From NCBI GenBank assembly GCA_963791045.1, contig CAWBQK010000017.1, positions 314,142-378,141 on the forward strand: a DNA stretch of 64,000 bases, given 5' to 3'. The notes below the pieces were generated by a model. That model did not search any database, was not told where the DNA came from, and worked only from the letters and a program-made list of their open reading frames with translations. Within the stretch, counting starts at the first letter, position 1, and each line of letters starts with the position of its first letter. Shown piece after piece: positions 53,223 through 63,000 of the stretch. The position numbers were made by a program, and so were the translations under genes. The DNA is from Candidatus Latescibacterota bacterium. GTDB taxonomy: Bacteria > Krumholzibacteriota > Krumholzibacteriia > WVZY01.

Positions 53223-53409
53223 AGGGGGCCCCTGTGTTCATTGTTGACGCCGCGCTGTCCTCTATAAAGCTATGAGCACTCTTTAACAAAGTCAATCCAT
53301 TTGTCCGGTCCGCAGCCTCATCCCCAGAGCCGCCTTCTGTCTTCACGCTTTAGTTTCCGTTCGATTCGTGTTAAAATGAAAGTCTAATCCAAACAGGAAT
53401 TGCACCGAT

Positions 53410-54471
53410 ATGTCCACCATCAGGGATTTAATAAAACGTGCGCTCTACAATACCGGCTACTATCACCTGGTAGCGCGCACAAATTCAAGCGGGAAACCAC
53501 GTCTCCTGGTCCTGTTTTACCACACATTCCGCAGCGAATCGCCTGCCTCCGACCGCGACGCGTTCGACCTTTCCAACCCGACTGCGGCCCAGTTTGAAGC
53601 ACATATCCGGGAGATCACCAAAAACTACAGAGTCGTAGAACTTGAGAAGGGGCTTCAAGAGGTCCGTGACGGGACACTTCCCCGCGATTCCGTGGCAATA
53701 AGCTTCGACGATGGATTTGATTCCGTGTACACCGTAGCATACCCTTTGCTTCGCAAATATGACGTCCCCGCGACCGTGTTTTTGTTGACCGACTGGGTCA
53801 ACTCCGGGCGCCCGTGCTGGTGGAGCACATTCAAGGAACTAGTGCGGCAGTCTCAGTTCCGCGGAGTCTCGTCCGCTTCCATCGAAGACACTCTCGGCAT
53901 GTCTAGCGGCGTAGAATTCGGACGGGATGCGCCAACCATTTCCGTTCGACGGCGTATGATCGAGGTCGTCGAACCCCACCTCCGAGACCTTGCGGATGGT
54001 GAGCGCGCGTGCAGGATAGACCGCCTGGCCACGATCTTATTTCCCTCAGGCGGATTCGTACCGGAGACTGAGGGTCCGCTCAATTGGGATCAGATAAGAG
54101 AAATGGCCGACAACAAGATTGGTTTTGAGTCACATACATGTTCGCACATAAACATTCGCCACGCCGATTCATCCATCATCGAATCCGAGATTATTGTTTC
54201 CAAGAATCAGATCGAGAACAGGCTCCAACGTGAGGTGACGGGGTTTGCTTATCCTTACGGCAAGGATGTTTCCGCATACTCAACTGTGCACCCACTCCTC
54301 AAAAAGCTCGGCTTCCGTTACGCCTGCACGACATGTCCGGGAATTATATCCGCGGCTACCGACCCCTATTCTCTGGGAAGAAGCGGGCTTCCGCTTTCCT
54401 CTTCCAGGGCCCTGCTCCACAGAACTCTCATCATCCATTTTGCTCAGCCACACGTCCAGGCATTCGCCTGA
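53410..54471 (+). CDS. Polysaccharide deacetylase (CE4/NodB family)
   Basis: VLFYH, ISFDDGF, ATVFL, LNWDQIREM, ESHTCSH and FAYPYG. Confidence 0.92.
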   Translation: MSTIRDLIKRALYNTGYYHLVARTNSSGKPRLLVLFYHTFRSESPASDRDAFDLSNPTAAQFEAHIREITKNYRVVELEKGLQEVRDGTLPRDSVAISFDDGFDSVYTVAYPLLRKYDVPATVFLLTDWVNSGRPCWWSTFKELVRQSQFRGVSSASIEDTLGMSSGVEFGRDAPTISVRRRMIEVVEPHLRDLADGERACRIDRLATILFPSGGFVPETEGPLNWDQIREMADNKIGFESHTCSHINIRHADSSIIESEIIVSKNQIENRLQREVTGFAYPYGKDVSAYSTVHPLLKKLGFRYACTTCPGIISAATDPYSLGRSGLPLSSSRALLHRTLIIHFAQPHVQAFA

Positions 54472-54502
54472 CCGTGCCGCTGAGAATATCTTCAGGGGAA
54501 GT

Positions 54503-56121
54503 TTACTGTTTTGCAGCTCTCTTGTATACAACGGCAAAGCCGCTTATTGACGCGCTCGGTCGTTCCACCGGAACGATTCCTTTTTTAAAGAATCCGCTGC
54601 TTTGGTCCGCCATCGCCTTCTCGAGCAACAAATGGTGCGGCGCTTCGACGGTCTTCGGAATCGATTTGTCCACCACCACCCACCCGATCGACGAATCACG
54701 GAGAAACTGCGCGATCTCCGCCTCGGACTCGTAAGTCATCTCGTATTTCCGACCAAGCCAATCCGAGGTCGAGAGCACCTTGCTCGCGCGGTGAACAGTG
54801 TGCGTAGGCCTATGTTTGTCGCGGACCACAAATTCGGCGATCAATGCCCCTTCACCATTCGGATCCGACGAGATGAGAATCTCTGCCGCCTCACTGCTCT
54901 CATCCAGGATCTCCCTCACAACCGGCCGAAAACCCGTTAATCCTGCCGGGGGAATCTCGAAAAAGAACGCCCCGTCCACTATATTAACAGTCCCGCAATT
55001 ACGACCGGTATGGCCCTTCTCCTCTTCGGTGCCAGGCTTTTGAACCAGCTTCCCACCGTTGAGAGCCCATGTATACCCATAACAATGATCGGAGGCAACG
55101 CCGGGATCAGGTACCTGGCCTCAACGCCGCCGATTGGTACCAGCGTGAATATAAAAAACACGGAGACTGGAAGGGCCACCACAACAGCCCAGTATGAATC
55201 GAGCGGTTTTCGATCTTTGAGAGCCGTCGCTGCCACCCGAAGGTAGCCGACAGCCGAGACGAGAATGAGCGTGATGCCGGCGGACTGGATCATTTTCTCC
55301 ACGACCCACGGTGCCGCACCGCGGGCGTACTCGATCCCCCACCCACCATCAATCCCCTCGTGAAATATGCCAAGCGTCGCAAGAACCCACGGAACGCAGA
55401 CGACAACCACAGGGATAGGCGCGACCCAAAGACTCAAGCGTTTGAAAAGACCGATTCTCCAGGTCAGCAGTATTGAGATGGGAACTACAAACGCGAGCAG
55501 CAACCCCGCCTGCTTGATCAGGATCGCAAATGCCGCCAGTCCACCGTAGACCAGCGCGCGGCGCATTTTAGGCTTTTCTAAAAATTGTATGAAATCAACT
55601 GTCGCCCACAGGCAGAATAGAGCAAGCGCCGTGTCCGACATGGTTCGGGCGGTGAACCTCTGAACGACGGGCAGTAGGACCAAGAACGCGGCCCCACCAA
55701 GCGCCCACGCAAAACCAAATCTTTTTCTGATCAGGATAAAAAGAACCAGCGCCAGGGCGACGGTAATCAACGATTGGAATATCAAAACGGACGCCCGTGA
55801 TTCCGGAAACACAACCGTCCATGCGCCGAGGAGAATATAATAACCCGGTGGAAAGTGCCCGATGGCAACCCTGGGATAGTGGGCGTAGTAGGTCTCCGCA
55901 AAAGCCATCGGTAGTGACGGCAGTCCCCCCGACACGTAATCCCCTACCATGACACTAGTTACGTAGTGAGCCGCCTCGTCGGGATGCCCGCCGAATTCCG
56001 CCTGGTACGCGCCACTCAGCCACTGCAGCGCCAGAACAAGCGCCCACAGAGCGAGAAACGCCCCGAGGCGTTCGGTTACCCGAGATCCTGGTTTCATATC
56101 CCCCAGCCTGTTGCGAATCAC
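54503..56121 (-). CDS. GT-C fold glycosyltransferase (PMT/ArnT, GT39/GT83-like), frameshift near 54980
   Basis: First TM followed by PDEAAHY, then HFPPGYY.LLG, TMSD, ILIK and RYLIPALP; about 12 TM; the soluble C-terminal domain is in ORF 54503..54979. Confidence 0.75.
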
Positions 56122-56208
56122 TCCGCGGTCCTCAGTCGAAGATTAAACTGAATATTTAGCACGGAGCCTGCCAACGCAACTCGAATTCAGGAGAAATAAA
56201 CCATTGTT

Positions 56209-56907
56209 TTAGGACGAATGCTCGAACTGATCGTGATAGTTCGTCGACGGGCCTTTATCCTCTTCAGGTCGCGCTTTCTCAACCGTGATTTTGTGGATCA
56301 AGAAACCGAACGTGTAGTCGAGGGGCTCGCCGTCGACAACGAACGGCAACTTGATTTTGACGACTTTTTCCGTCAGCCCTTCGACCTGATCGTTCAACTT
56401 CGCTTCCGACTTATCTTGATATGGGAAGAAGGGGGCGACCTTCCATTGCGTATGAATCCCCGTTACTTGGGTCAGGTTCTCCCTGGACTGCACCCTTTCT
56501 TTCCATAGAGTCCCCGGTTCAATCGCCACCGGTTCCTGGGGTTTGTCGATATCCTTTTTGAGCACATCCTCATGGATGAGCCTGTGTGTTTCACCGGTTT
56601 CATCGACATACTGGGCGCGGTCCCAATCGATCATGATCGCCCTGTCGAGTTTATTGACGATCTCGACCTCGAATACTTTCGGCTTCATCTCAAAGCTCAC
56701 CGAGACCATATCGTCCTCGAAATGGGAGTAGTTTTGATCCATCTCCTCCACGGTCCGAACAACCTGTTCACCGAATTGTTCCTGAGCTTCCGCGGGACGA
56801 TCGGCCTCATAGAGTCCGATTTCGTAATTCGCAATGTACCCACCGGAACAACCGGTCACGAATAGACATACTACGCCGACGAGTAGTACGCATTTAAATA
56901 TTTGCAC
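56209..56907 (-). CDS. Hypothetical lipoprotein
   Basis: Lipobox VTG-C, strong RBS GGGGAAAG, and IDWDRAQYVD. Confidence 0.75.
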   Translation of the reverse strand: MQIFKCVLLVGVVCLFVTGCSGGYIANYEIGLYEADRPAEAQEQFGEQVVRTVEEMDQNYSHFEDDMVSVSFEMKPKVFEVEIVNKLDRAIMIDWDRAQYVDETGETHRLIHEDVLKKDIDKPQEPVAIEPGTLWKERVQSRENLTQVTGIHTQWKVAPFFPYQDKSEAKLNDQVEGLTEKVVKIKLPFVVDGEPLDYTFGFLIHKITVEKARPEEDKGPSTNYHDQFEHSS

Positions 56908-56930
56908 CTTTCCCCCTTTTTATTGGTTAA

Positions 56931-56960
56931 GTCGGCGGATAGGTGGGTTTTCCGCCTGAC
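56931..56960 (-). terminator. Imperfect hairpin downstream of tRNA-Arg, possible terminator
   Basis: GTCAGGCGGA...TCCGCCGAC on the minus strand, with a weak U-tract. Confidence 0.35.
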
Positions 56961-57015
56961 TCGAAGCCTGTACTCGAAATTTAACACGGAGTCAATTTTA
57001 TGGGAATGGAAAAAT

Positions 57016-57092
57016 TGGTACGCCCGAAAGGATTCGAACCTTCGACACCCGGCTCCGGAGGCCGGTGCTCTATCCAGCTGAGCTACGGGCGC
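57016..57092 (-). tRNA. tRNA-Arg (anticodon CCG)
   Basis: GCGCCCGTAGCTCAGCTGGATAGAGCACCGGCCTCCGGAGCCGGGTGTCGAAGGTTCGAATCCTTTCGGGCGTACCA: acceptor stem, D-loop, CT-CCG-GA anticodon loop, GGTTCGAATCC T-arm and encoded CCA. Confidence 0.97.
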
Positions 57093-58810
57093 ACCTCAGA
57101 TGCAGAATTACTCTTCCTGTTTTGCAGCATTTCACGCGCTAAATCAAGCCTTTTCTCACTTCCCTCGCTCCCGCCGAGCATTCGCGCGATCTCGCCCAGG
57201 CGATTCTCCCCGTCCGTTTCGGCCACGCGCGTAAAGGTCCGGCCCTCGTCAGTCTGTTTGCTCACGACGAGGTGGTGGTCGCCCCGCGCCGCGATCTGCG
57301 GCATATGGGTAATACAAATAATCTGGTAGCTATCGGCAAGCGTTTCGAGCTTCCTCGATATCGTCTCCCCCAGGTCAGCACCCACCCCGGCGTCGACCTC
57401 GTCAAATATAAGGACGGCGCGTTCATGTCCCGCGCTGCCGGAAGTGACGACGTCTTTCAGCGCCAGTGCAATCCGCGAGAGTTCGCCGCTGGAGGCGATT
57501 TCCGCAAGCGGCCCCTCTGACTCTCCCGGATTCGTCTGGACATAGAACTCAACCTGATCGAGCCCATGCGGGTGCGCTCGCACGCGTCGCTTATCGATGA
57601 CCAGATCGCTCGCGTCGTCGACCTCGAATCTAAGATCCGTCCGAAAACAGGCGCCCGCCATCATCAAACCGCCGAGTTCCGCCGTCATATTTTTGTCAAG
57701 CACGGCGGCGCTTTTGCGCCGCGACTCCGTCAAACTCATCGCCGCCTTGCGAAGCTCTCCGAGACATTTCGTCTTCTCGGCATTGAGTTTTTTGCGGGTT
57801 TCGTCTTCAAATACAATCGACTCGAGCTCCGACCGCCAGACCTCACACTCCTCCAGGACGTCATCTATCTCCATCTGGTAGCGTCTCTCGAGTTCGGTGA
57901 GAAACGCCAGTCTCTCCTGGTTTCTCTCGAGCTCGCCGGGCTCGAATTCGAGGCCATCGAGAAAGGAGCGCATTTCCGAGACGGTTTCCTTGAGCGTGAT
58001 CTCCGCTTTTTCAAGCTCGTCCGCGAATCCTTCGAAGCGCTTGTCGAGACCGGTAAATCTTTCGACCTTCCCGCGTATCCGCGAAACGAGCGAGACGGCC
58101 GACGATTCATCCTCGTAGATCACCTGTTCCGCCTCGGCAAGTGTTTCGAACACCTCGTTGGCGTTTTCGAGAATCCGGAGCCTCTCCTCCACAGATTCCT
58201 TTTCACCGGGGGCTATTTTGGCGCGGTCTATTTCCTCGATCCGGTGCTCGAACAACTCCTTCTTTTCTTTGAGGAGTTTCATCTTCGAGTCGAATTCACG
58301 AAGGACCGCCGACGCCTGATTATAGACACCCAGGGTCTCTTCGTAGATCTCCCTTGCCGCCTGGTTCCCCGCAAACTTATCAAGATACGCAATGTGGCTC
58401 TCCGCAAACTTGAGCCTGAGCTGTTCGTTTTGTCCATGCGGTTCGATGAGTTTTCGTGACACCTCCTGAAGCTGCTTAACCGTGCACGCCTTCCCGTTCA
58501 GCCAGGCCTGGCTGCGTCCGTTTCGATGGACCTCACGGCGAAGTGTTATTTTCTCACCCAATGGGCCGCCCAGCGCTAACTCATCTCCTGAACCCGAGTC
58601 AAGGATGAACACGCCTTCTACCAGTGCGCCACCTTCACCCGCGCGAATCACCTGGGAACTAGCGCGTTCACCAAGAAGAAAGTTCACCGCACCGAGGATC
58701 AATGATTTCCCCGCTCCGGTGGAGCCGGTAAGCACATTGAGGCCCGGTCGGAAGCGAAGGCTCGCATCCTCCACGACGGCGAGATTCTTGATGTGGAGTT
58801 CAGACAGCAT
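57083..58810 (-). CDS. recN: DNA repair protein RecN
   Basis: LTGSTGAGKS, coiled coil, ASSGELSRIAL, IFDEVDAGVG, CITHMPQIAA and EIARMLGG. Confidence 0.96.
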   Translation of the reverse strand: MLSELHIKNLAVVEDASLRFRPGLNVLTGSTGAGKSLILGAVNFLLGERASSQVIRAGEGGALVEGVFILDSGSGDELALGGPLGEKITLRREVHRNGRSQAWLNGKACTVKQLQEVSRKLIEPHGQNEQLRLKFAESHIAYLDKFAGNQAAREIYEETLGVYNQASAVLREFDSKMKLLKEKKELFEHRIEEIDRAKIAPGEKESVEERLRILENANEVFETLAEAEQVIYEDESSAVSLVSRIRGKVERFTGLDKRFEGFADELEKAEITLKETVSEMRSFLDGLEFEPGELERNQERLAFLTELERRYQMEIDDVLEECEVWRSELESIVFEDETRKKLNAEKTKCLGELRKAAMSLTESRRKSAAVLDKNMTAELGGLMMAGACFRTDLRFEVDDASDLVIDKRRVRAHPHGLDQVEFYVQTNPGESEGPLAEIASSGELSRIALALKDVVTSGSAGHERAVLIFDEVDAGVGADLGETISRKLETLADSYQIICITHMPQIAARGDHHLVVSKQTDEGRTFTRVAETDGENRLGEIARMLGGSEGSEKRLDLAREMLQNRKSNSASEVRP

Positions 58811-58828
58811 AATCGTTCGTCGTAAAAA

Positions 58829-59671
58829 TCAGAGTTTCTCGCGGAGGAGATTGAAGAAGTCGTAATCATCCGGGACGAGGAGTTTCGTAACCATGTCGCT
58901 CTTCTCAACGACCACGCTCTGGCCTTCCTTCAGGTAGCTGCCCTCCTGGCCGTCTACGCTCACAATGATCTTCGAGCGGGCCGCTGTGACCACCACAGAG
59001 ATTTTCTCGTGCGGATCGAGCACCATCGGTCGGATGCTCATCGTGTGCGGACACAACGGCGTCATGAGGAGCGCTTCCATCGTTGGAGCGAGGAGAGGGC
59101 CCCCGGCGGAGAGTGAGTAAGCGGTAGAGCCCGTAGGCGTTGCGACAATCACACCGTCCGCCCTGTACTCCCGCAGCAGTTTTCCATCGACGATCGTCCG
59201 TAACGTCACCATCTGCGAAAAGCCCGCACTGTGGACTACGATGTCATTGAGCGCGGAAAACGTGTCGATGACTTTGTCGCCATCGATGAGTTTTGCCATA
59301 ATTCGCATTCTCTTCTGAACCCGAAAACGTCCCTCCCGCATCCTCGACACGATATTCGATGCCTGTGGCTCGGCGAGAAAACCCAAACTGCCCATTTTGA
59401 TCCCCAGAATCGGGAGTTCCAGATCCACGTACTGTCTGGCCACGGCGAGGATTGTGCCATCGCCACCAAGCGAAATGACCGCATCGCATTGCCGTCCGAT
59501 ACCGATCGTCACGTCCTGGAGATTTTCGAGATACGCTTGCATGCGCGGTTCGATGAAAACCTGCATGCCCGCCGCCGTCAGTTCGGCGACAAACTCCGGC
59601 AGAAAGCGGCGAACCTCCTCTTTCTTCAGATTGGCGACCACACCGATTCTTTGAAAAGAAGGTTTTGTCAT
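58829..59671 (-). CDS. nadK: NAD kinase
   Basis: LGGDGTIL, ALND and ADGVIVATPTGSTAYSLSAGGP. Confidence 0.96.
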   Translation of the reverse strand: MTKPSFQRIGVVANLKKEEVRRFLPEFVAELTAAGMQVFIEPRMQAYLENLQDVTIGIGRQCDAVISLGGDGTILAVARQYVDLELPILGIKMGSLGFLAEPQASNIVSRMREGRFRVQKRMRIMAKLIDGDKVIDTFSALNDIVVHSAGFSQMVTLRTIVDGKLLREYRADGVIVATPTGSTAYSLSAGGPLLAPTMEALLMTPLCPHTMSIRPMVLDPHEKISVVVTAARSKIIVSVDGQEGSYLKEGQSVVVEKSDMVTKLLVPDDYDFFNLLREKL

Positions 59672-59708
59672 CCGGGTACTCTCATTTTGTGATGTGTCGT
59701 TTTGTATG

Positions 59709-61625
59709 TCAGGAAGCGCCTGTAGCTGATTTCAAAAAACCCTTTTGAGACCCGAGAAGGCTGCGCACCGTTTCCGCGATGTTTTCCGGTGTGAGTCCCG
59801 TTTCCGCAAGCTGGTCCGCCTGGGGCGCGTGTGTGATGTAGCGATCGGGAATCCCCAAAATCTTCACACGGTTCACGGGGTAGCCCTTCTCGACAAGATG
59901 CTCAAGAATGCCCGACCCGAACCCGCCGGCGATGGCGTTTTCTTCGACCGTCACAATCACGGGTTCGTTTGAAAGCAATTCGTCGATGAGTTCCGTATCG
60001 AGCGGTTTGGCAAACCGCGCGTTGACCACCGTCGCCTGGATTTTGCTCTTCTCGAGAATTGTGGCCGCCTTCATTGCGGTGGACACGCAGTTCCCATACC
60101 CGATGATCAACGCTTCCTTGCCCTCCCTCAACACTTCACCCTTTCCGATCGGAAGCGCCACCAATTCGGTATCCAGCGCGACACCGGTCCCGCTTCCACG
60201 TGGAATGCGCAACGCCGTCGGCCCATCGTTATAGTCGGCCATTGTTTTCAGCATGTGCTGGAGTTCGTTTTCGTCCTTTGGCGCCATCACGACGAAGTTC
60301 GGGATCATCCGCAGATAACCGATATCAAACACTCCGTGATGCGTCGGACCGTCGTCGCCGACCAGTCCCGCCCTGTCCATCACGATTCGAACGGGTAAAT
60401 TCTGGAGAGATACATCGTGGACCACCTGGTCGAAGGCGCGCTGCAGAAACGTTGAATAAATCGCAGCGAATGGAACAATGCCCTCGGTGGCAAGGCCCGC
60501 GGCAAAAGTGATCGCGTGTTGTTCGGCAATCCCGACATCGAAGAACCGGCGCGGGTACTTCTCTCCAAACGCCTTGAGTCCCGTCCCATCGGGCATAGCC
60601 GCCGTGATCCCCACAACCTTCGGATTCTCCTCGGCAAGTTTGATCAGCGTGTCGCTGAACACCTTCGTGTACGCCGGCGGCCCATTCTTCTTCTTCGCCT
60701 TGTCGCCGGGGACCTTGTCAAAACTGCTTACCCCGTGACACCGGGTCGAATCCTTGCCGGCCGGATCGAAACCCTTTCCTTTTTCGGTTATGATATGCAG
60801 GAGTTTCGGGCCCGGGAGATCGCGAAGATCCCCGAGTGTCTTTATGAGAAATTCGATGTTGTGTCCGTCGATCGGACCGAAATAACGAAACCCGAGTTGC
60901 TCGAACACCATGCCGGGAACGACAAGTGTTTTTATAGATTCCTTGATCTTGTGCGCGAGTTTCTGGCTCTTACCGCCGACCTTCGGGATAAGTCCGAGGA
61001 GTTCCCACACGTCAGCCTCGAGGCGATTGTACACCTTGCCGGATGTGACGGCGGTCAAGTACTGCGACATCGCGCCGACGTTTTGCGCAATCGACATTTT
61101 ATTGTCGTTCAGCACCACCGTAATGTTGGTCCGCATGTTCCCCGCGTTGTTGATCGCCTCGTACGCCATGCCGCCCGTCAATGCACCGTCCCCGATCACG
61201 CCGACGACCTTATAGTCTTCGCCGGAAATATCACGGGCCGCGGCCATCCCGAGGGCCGCGCTGATACTCGTGCTCGCGTGACCCACGCCAAACGTGTCGT
61301 ACGGGCTCTCTGAGCGGCTGGGAAAACCGCTGATACCATCCTTAAGACGGATAGTATCGAACTTCTCCCGGCGGTCGGTCAGAATCTTGTGACCGTGGGC
61401 CTGGTGGCCGGTATCCCAGACAATCTTGTCTCGCGGTGTATTAAATACGTAGTGGAGGGCGAGGGTCAACTCAACCGATCCCAGGCTGGCGCCGAGGTGT
61501 CCGCCGTTCTTCGCGATCACGCGGATGATCTCATCGCGAATCTCCTGCGCAAGACCGATCAGACGCACGGCGGGGAGCTTCTTCAGATCCTCCGGCGAGT
61601 TGATTGTTTCGAGTAGATTGCCCAT
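59709..61625 (-). CDS. dxs: 1-deoxy-D-xylulose-5-phosphate synthase
   Basis: GGHLGASLG, GHASTSISAALG, GDGALTGG, DVGIAEQHA and DRAGLVGDDGPTHHG. Confidence 0.98.
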   Translation of the reverse strand: MGNLLETINSPEDLKKLPAVRLIGLAQEIRDEIIRVIAKNGGHLGASLGSVELTLALHYVFNTPRDKIVWDTGHQAHGHKILTDRREKFDTIRLKDGISGFPSRSESPYDTFGVGHASTSISAALGMAAARDISGEDYKVVGVIGDGALTGGMAYEAINNAGNMRTNITVVLNDNKMSIAQNVGAMSQYLTAVTSGKVYNRLEADVWELLGLIPKVGGKSQKLAHKIKESIKTLVVPGMVFEQLGFRYFGPIDGHNIEFLIKTLGDLRDLPGPKLLHIITEKGKGFDPAGKDSTRCHGVSSFDKVPGDKAKKKNGPPAYTKVFSDTLIKLAEENPKVVGITAAMPDGTGLKAFGEKYPRRFFDVGIAEQHAITFAAGLATEGIVPFAAIYSTFLQRAFDQVVHDVSLQNLPVRIVMDRAGLVGDDGPTHHGVFDIGYLRMIPNFVVMAPKDENELQHMLKTMADYNDGPTALRIPRGSGTGVALDTELVALPIGKGEVLREGKEALIIGYGNCVSTAMKAATILEKSKIQATVVNARFAKPLDTELIDELLSNEPVIVTVEENAIAGGFGSGILEHLVEKGYPVNRVKILGIPDRYITHAPQADQLAETGLTPENIAETVRSLLGSQKGFLKSATGAS

Positions 61626-61634
61626 AATTTCACC

Positions 61635-62066
61635 CTAGTAAATCAGTAACGCGAAGAAAATTCCAAGCAAAACACCCGAAAATACATCGACGGGTGTGTA
61701 AGAGTTGCCCAGATTGCTCAAACCCGGCGGGAGGTGGTCCCGGCGGAGCCTCGCAAGCAGCAACCCGACCGCCTGGGCCTGCCGGGTGGTCGCATTCTTC
61801 ACGTTCATTGTGTCGACCAGAATTATCGACGTCATGCATATCGCCAGCGCGAATGCCAGCGAGCCAAAACCGGACGTCAGGCCCACCGATGCGGTCAGCG
61901 CCGAAAACGTCGTGCTGTGCATGTTCGGCGCTCCGTCGGTCTGGACGAATCGCCTATAGTTTACCTTCTTTTCAATTATTAAGAAAGAGACGACTTTGAT
62001 CGTCTGGGCGATAAGGCCGGCCAATATCGCAACAATGAAGGGTTTCTCACGGATCAATTCCATCAT
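61635..62066 (-). CDS. Divergent PAP2 family protein (DUF212)
   Basis: AQTIKV, GAPNMHS, D.MNV..ATTRQA and TPVDVFSG; typical position between ispA and dxs. Confidence 0.8.
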   Translation of the reverse strand: MMELIREKPFIVAILAGLIAQTIKVVSFLIIEKKVNYRRFVQTDGAPNMHSTTFSALTASVGLTSGFGSLAFALAICMTSIILVDTMNVKNATTRQAQAVGLLLARLRRDHLPPGLSNLGNSYTPVDVFSGVLLGIFFALLIY

Positions 62067-62088
62067 TGGGTTCAGTTCTCCGGGTACA

Positions 62089-63000
62089 TCAGGCCCGCCG
62101 GCTGACCAGGAAATCGAACAATTCGAGGAGAAATCTCGTTTCGGGCTCAAATCCGAGTTCCCGCCCCGCTTCGGCAATCAGATCGGCCGCCTTCTTACGC
62201 GACGCTTCGACTCCCACCACGGCCGGGTAGGTCATTTTGCCATCTCTCGCGTCTTTACCGGGGGTTTTCCCAAGAGTCTTCGCGTCGGTTTCGATGTCAA
62301 GAACGTCATCTATAATTTGAAAGGCCCGGCCCGCCGCAACCCCGGCCCGCCGGATCCGCACGCGGTCCCCAACCACCGCATCCGCCATACAGGCCCCCGT
62401 TTCCATCGAAGCGGCGATCAGCGCCGCCGTTTTCTCGCGGTGGATATCGTCGACCGTCGCGAGATCGGGCGCCTGGTGATCGCTCGAGATATCACGAACC
62501 TGGCCGCCTATGAGTCCGCGGGTTCCGGCCGCTCTCGAAACAACGTTCACCGCACCCACAACCATGGCCGGTTCTGTGCCCCACCGCTCGCCCATCGATC
62601 CGAGTATGTCAAAACAAAGCGTCAACAGAGCGTCTCCGGCGAGCACCGCGATCGCTTCTCCATACTTTTTGTGGCAGCTCGGCCTGCCGCGGCGGAGATC
62701 ATCGTCATCCATGCACGGCAGATCGTCATGGATCAGTGAATATGTGTGCAGACACTCGATCGCACACGCGGCGTCAAGACACGCATCGCGGTTGTCGCCG
62801 CCGAGCGCGTCGTGCGTCCACAAACAAAGCGCCGGGCGCAGCCGTTTCCCCGCGTCGAGGACCATGTAGCGAACCGCGTCCGAGATTTCACCGGGGCCCT
62901 GGGCCCGGTCATCAAGGAGCGAGGCGAGACGAGCCTCCACGAGACCCCGGTCCCGCTCGAGAGCCGTCTTGTACGCCCCGTTTTCAGCCCTGGATGTCAT
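62089..63000 (-). CDS. ispA: Polyprenyl (farnesyl/geranylgeranyl) diphosphate synthase
   Basis: GKRLRP, LIHDDLPCMDDDDLRRG, KTAAL and FQIIDDVLD; likely start ATG 63000. Confidence 0.95.
   Translation of the reverse strand: MTSRAENGAYKTALERDRGLVEARLASLLDDRAQGPGEISDAVRYMVLDAGKRLRPALCLWTHDALGGDNRDACLDAACAIECLHTYSLIHDDLPCMDDDDLRRGRPSCHKKYGEAIAVLAGDALLTLCFDILGSMGERWGTEPAMVVGAVNVVSRAAGTRGLIGGQVRDISSDHQAPDLATVDDIHREKTAALIAASMETGACMADAVVGDRVRIRRAGVAAGRAFQIIDDVLDIETDAKTLGKTPGKDARDGKMTYPAVVGVEASRKKAADLIAEAGRELGFEPETRFLLELFDFLVSRRA

Noticed and set aside
4286-57092. Glycan locus as a genomic island integrated at tRNA-Arg
   Set aside because: I saw no integrase or transposase, no duplicated tRNA 3' end at the far side, and no obvious compositional break.
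57000-57329. Plus-strand ORF MGMEKLVRPKGFEPSTPGSGG...
   Set aside because: It is the antisense translation of the tRNA-Arg gene and the end of recN.
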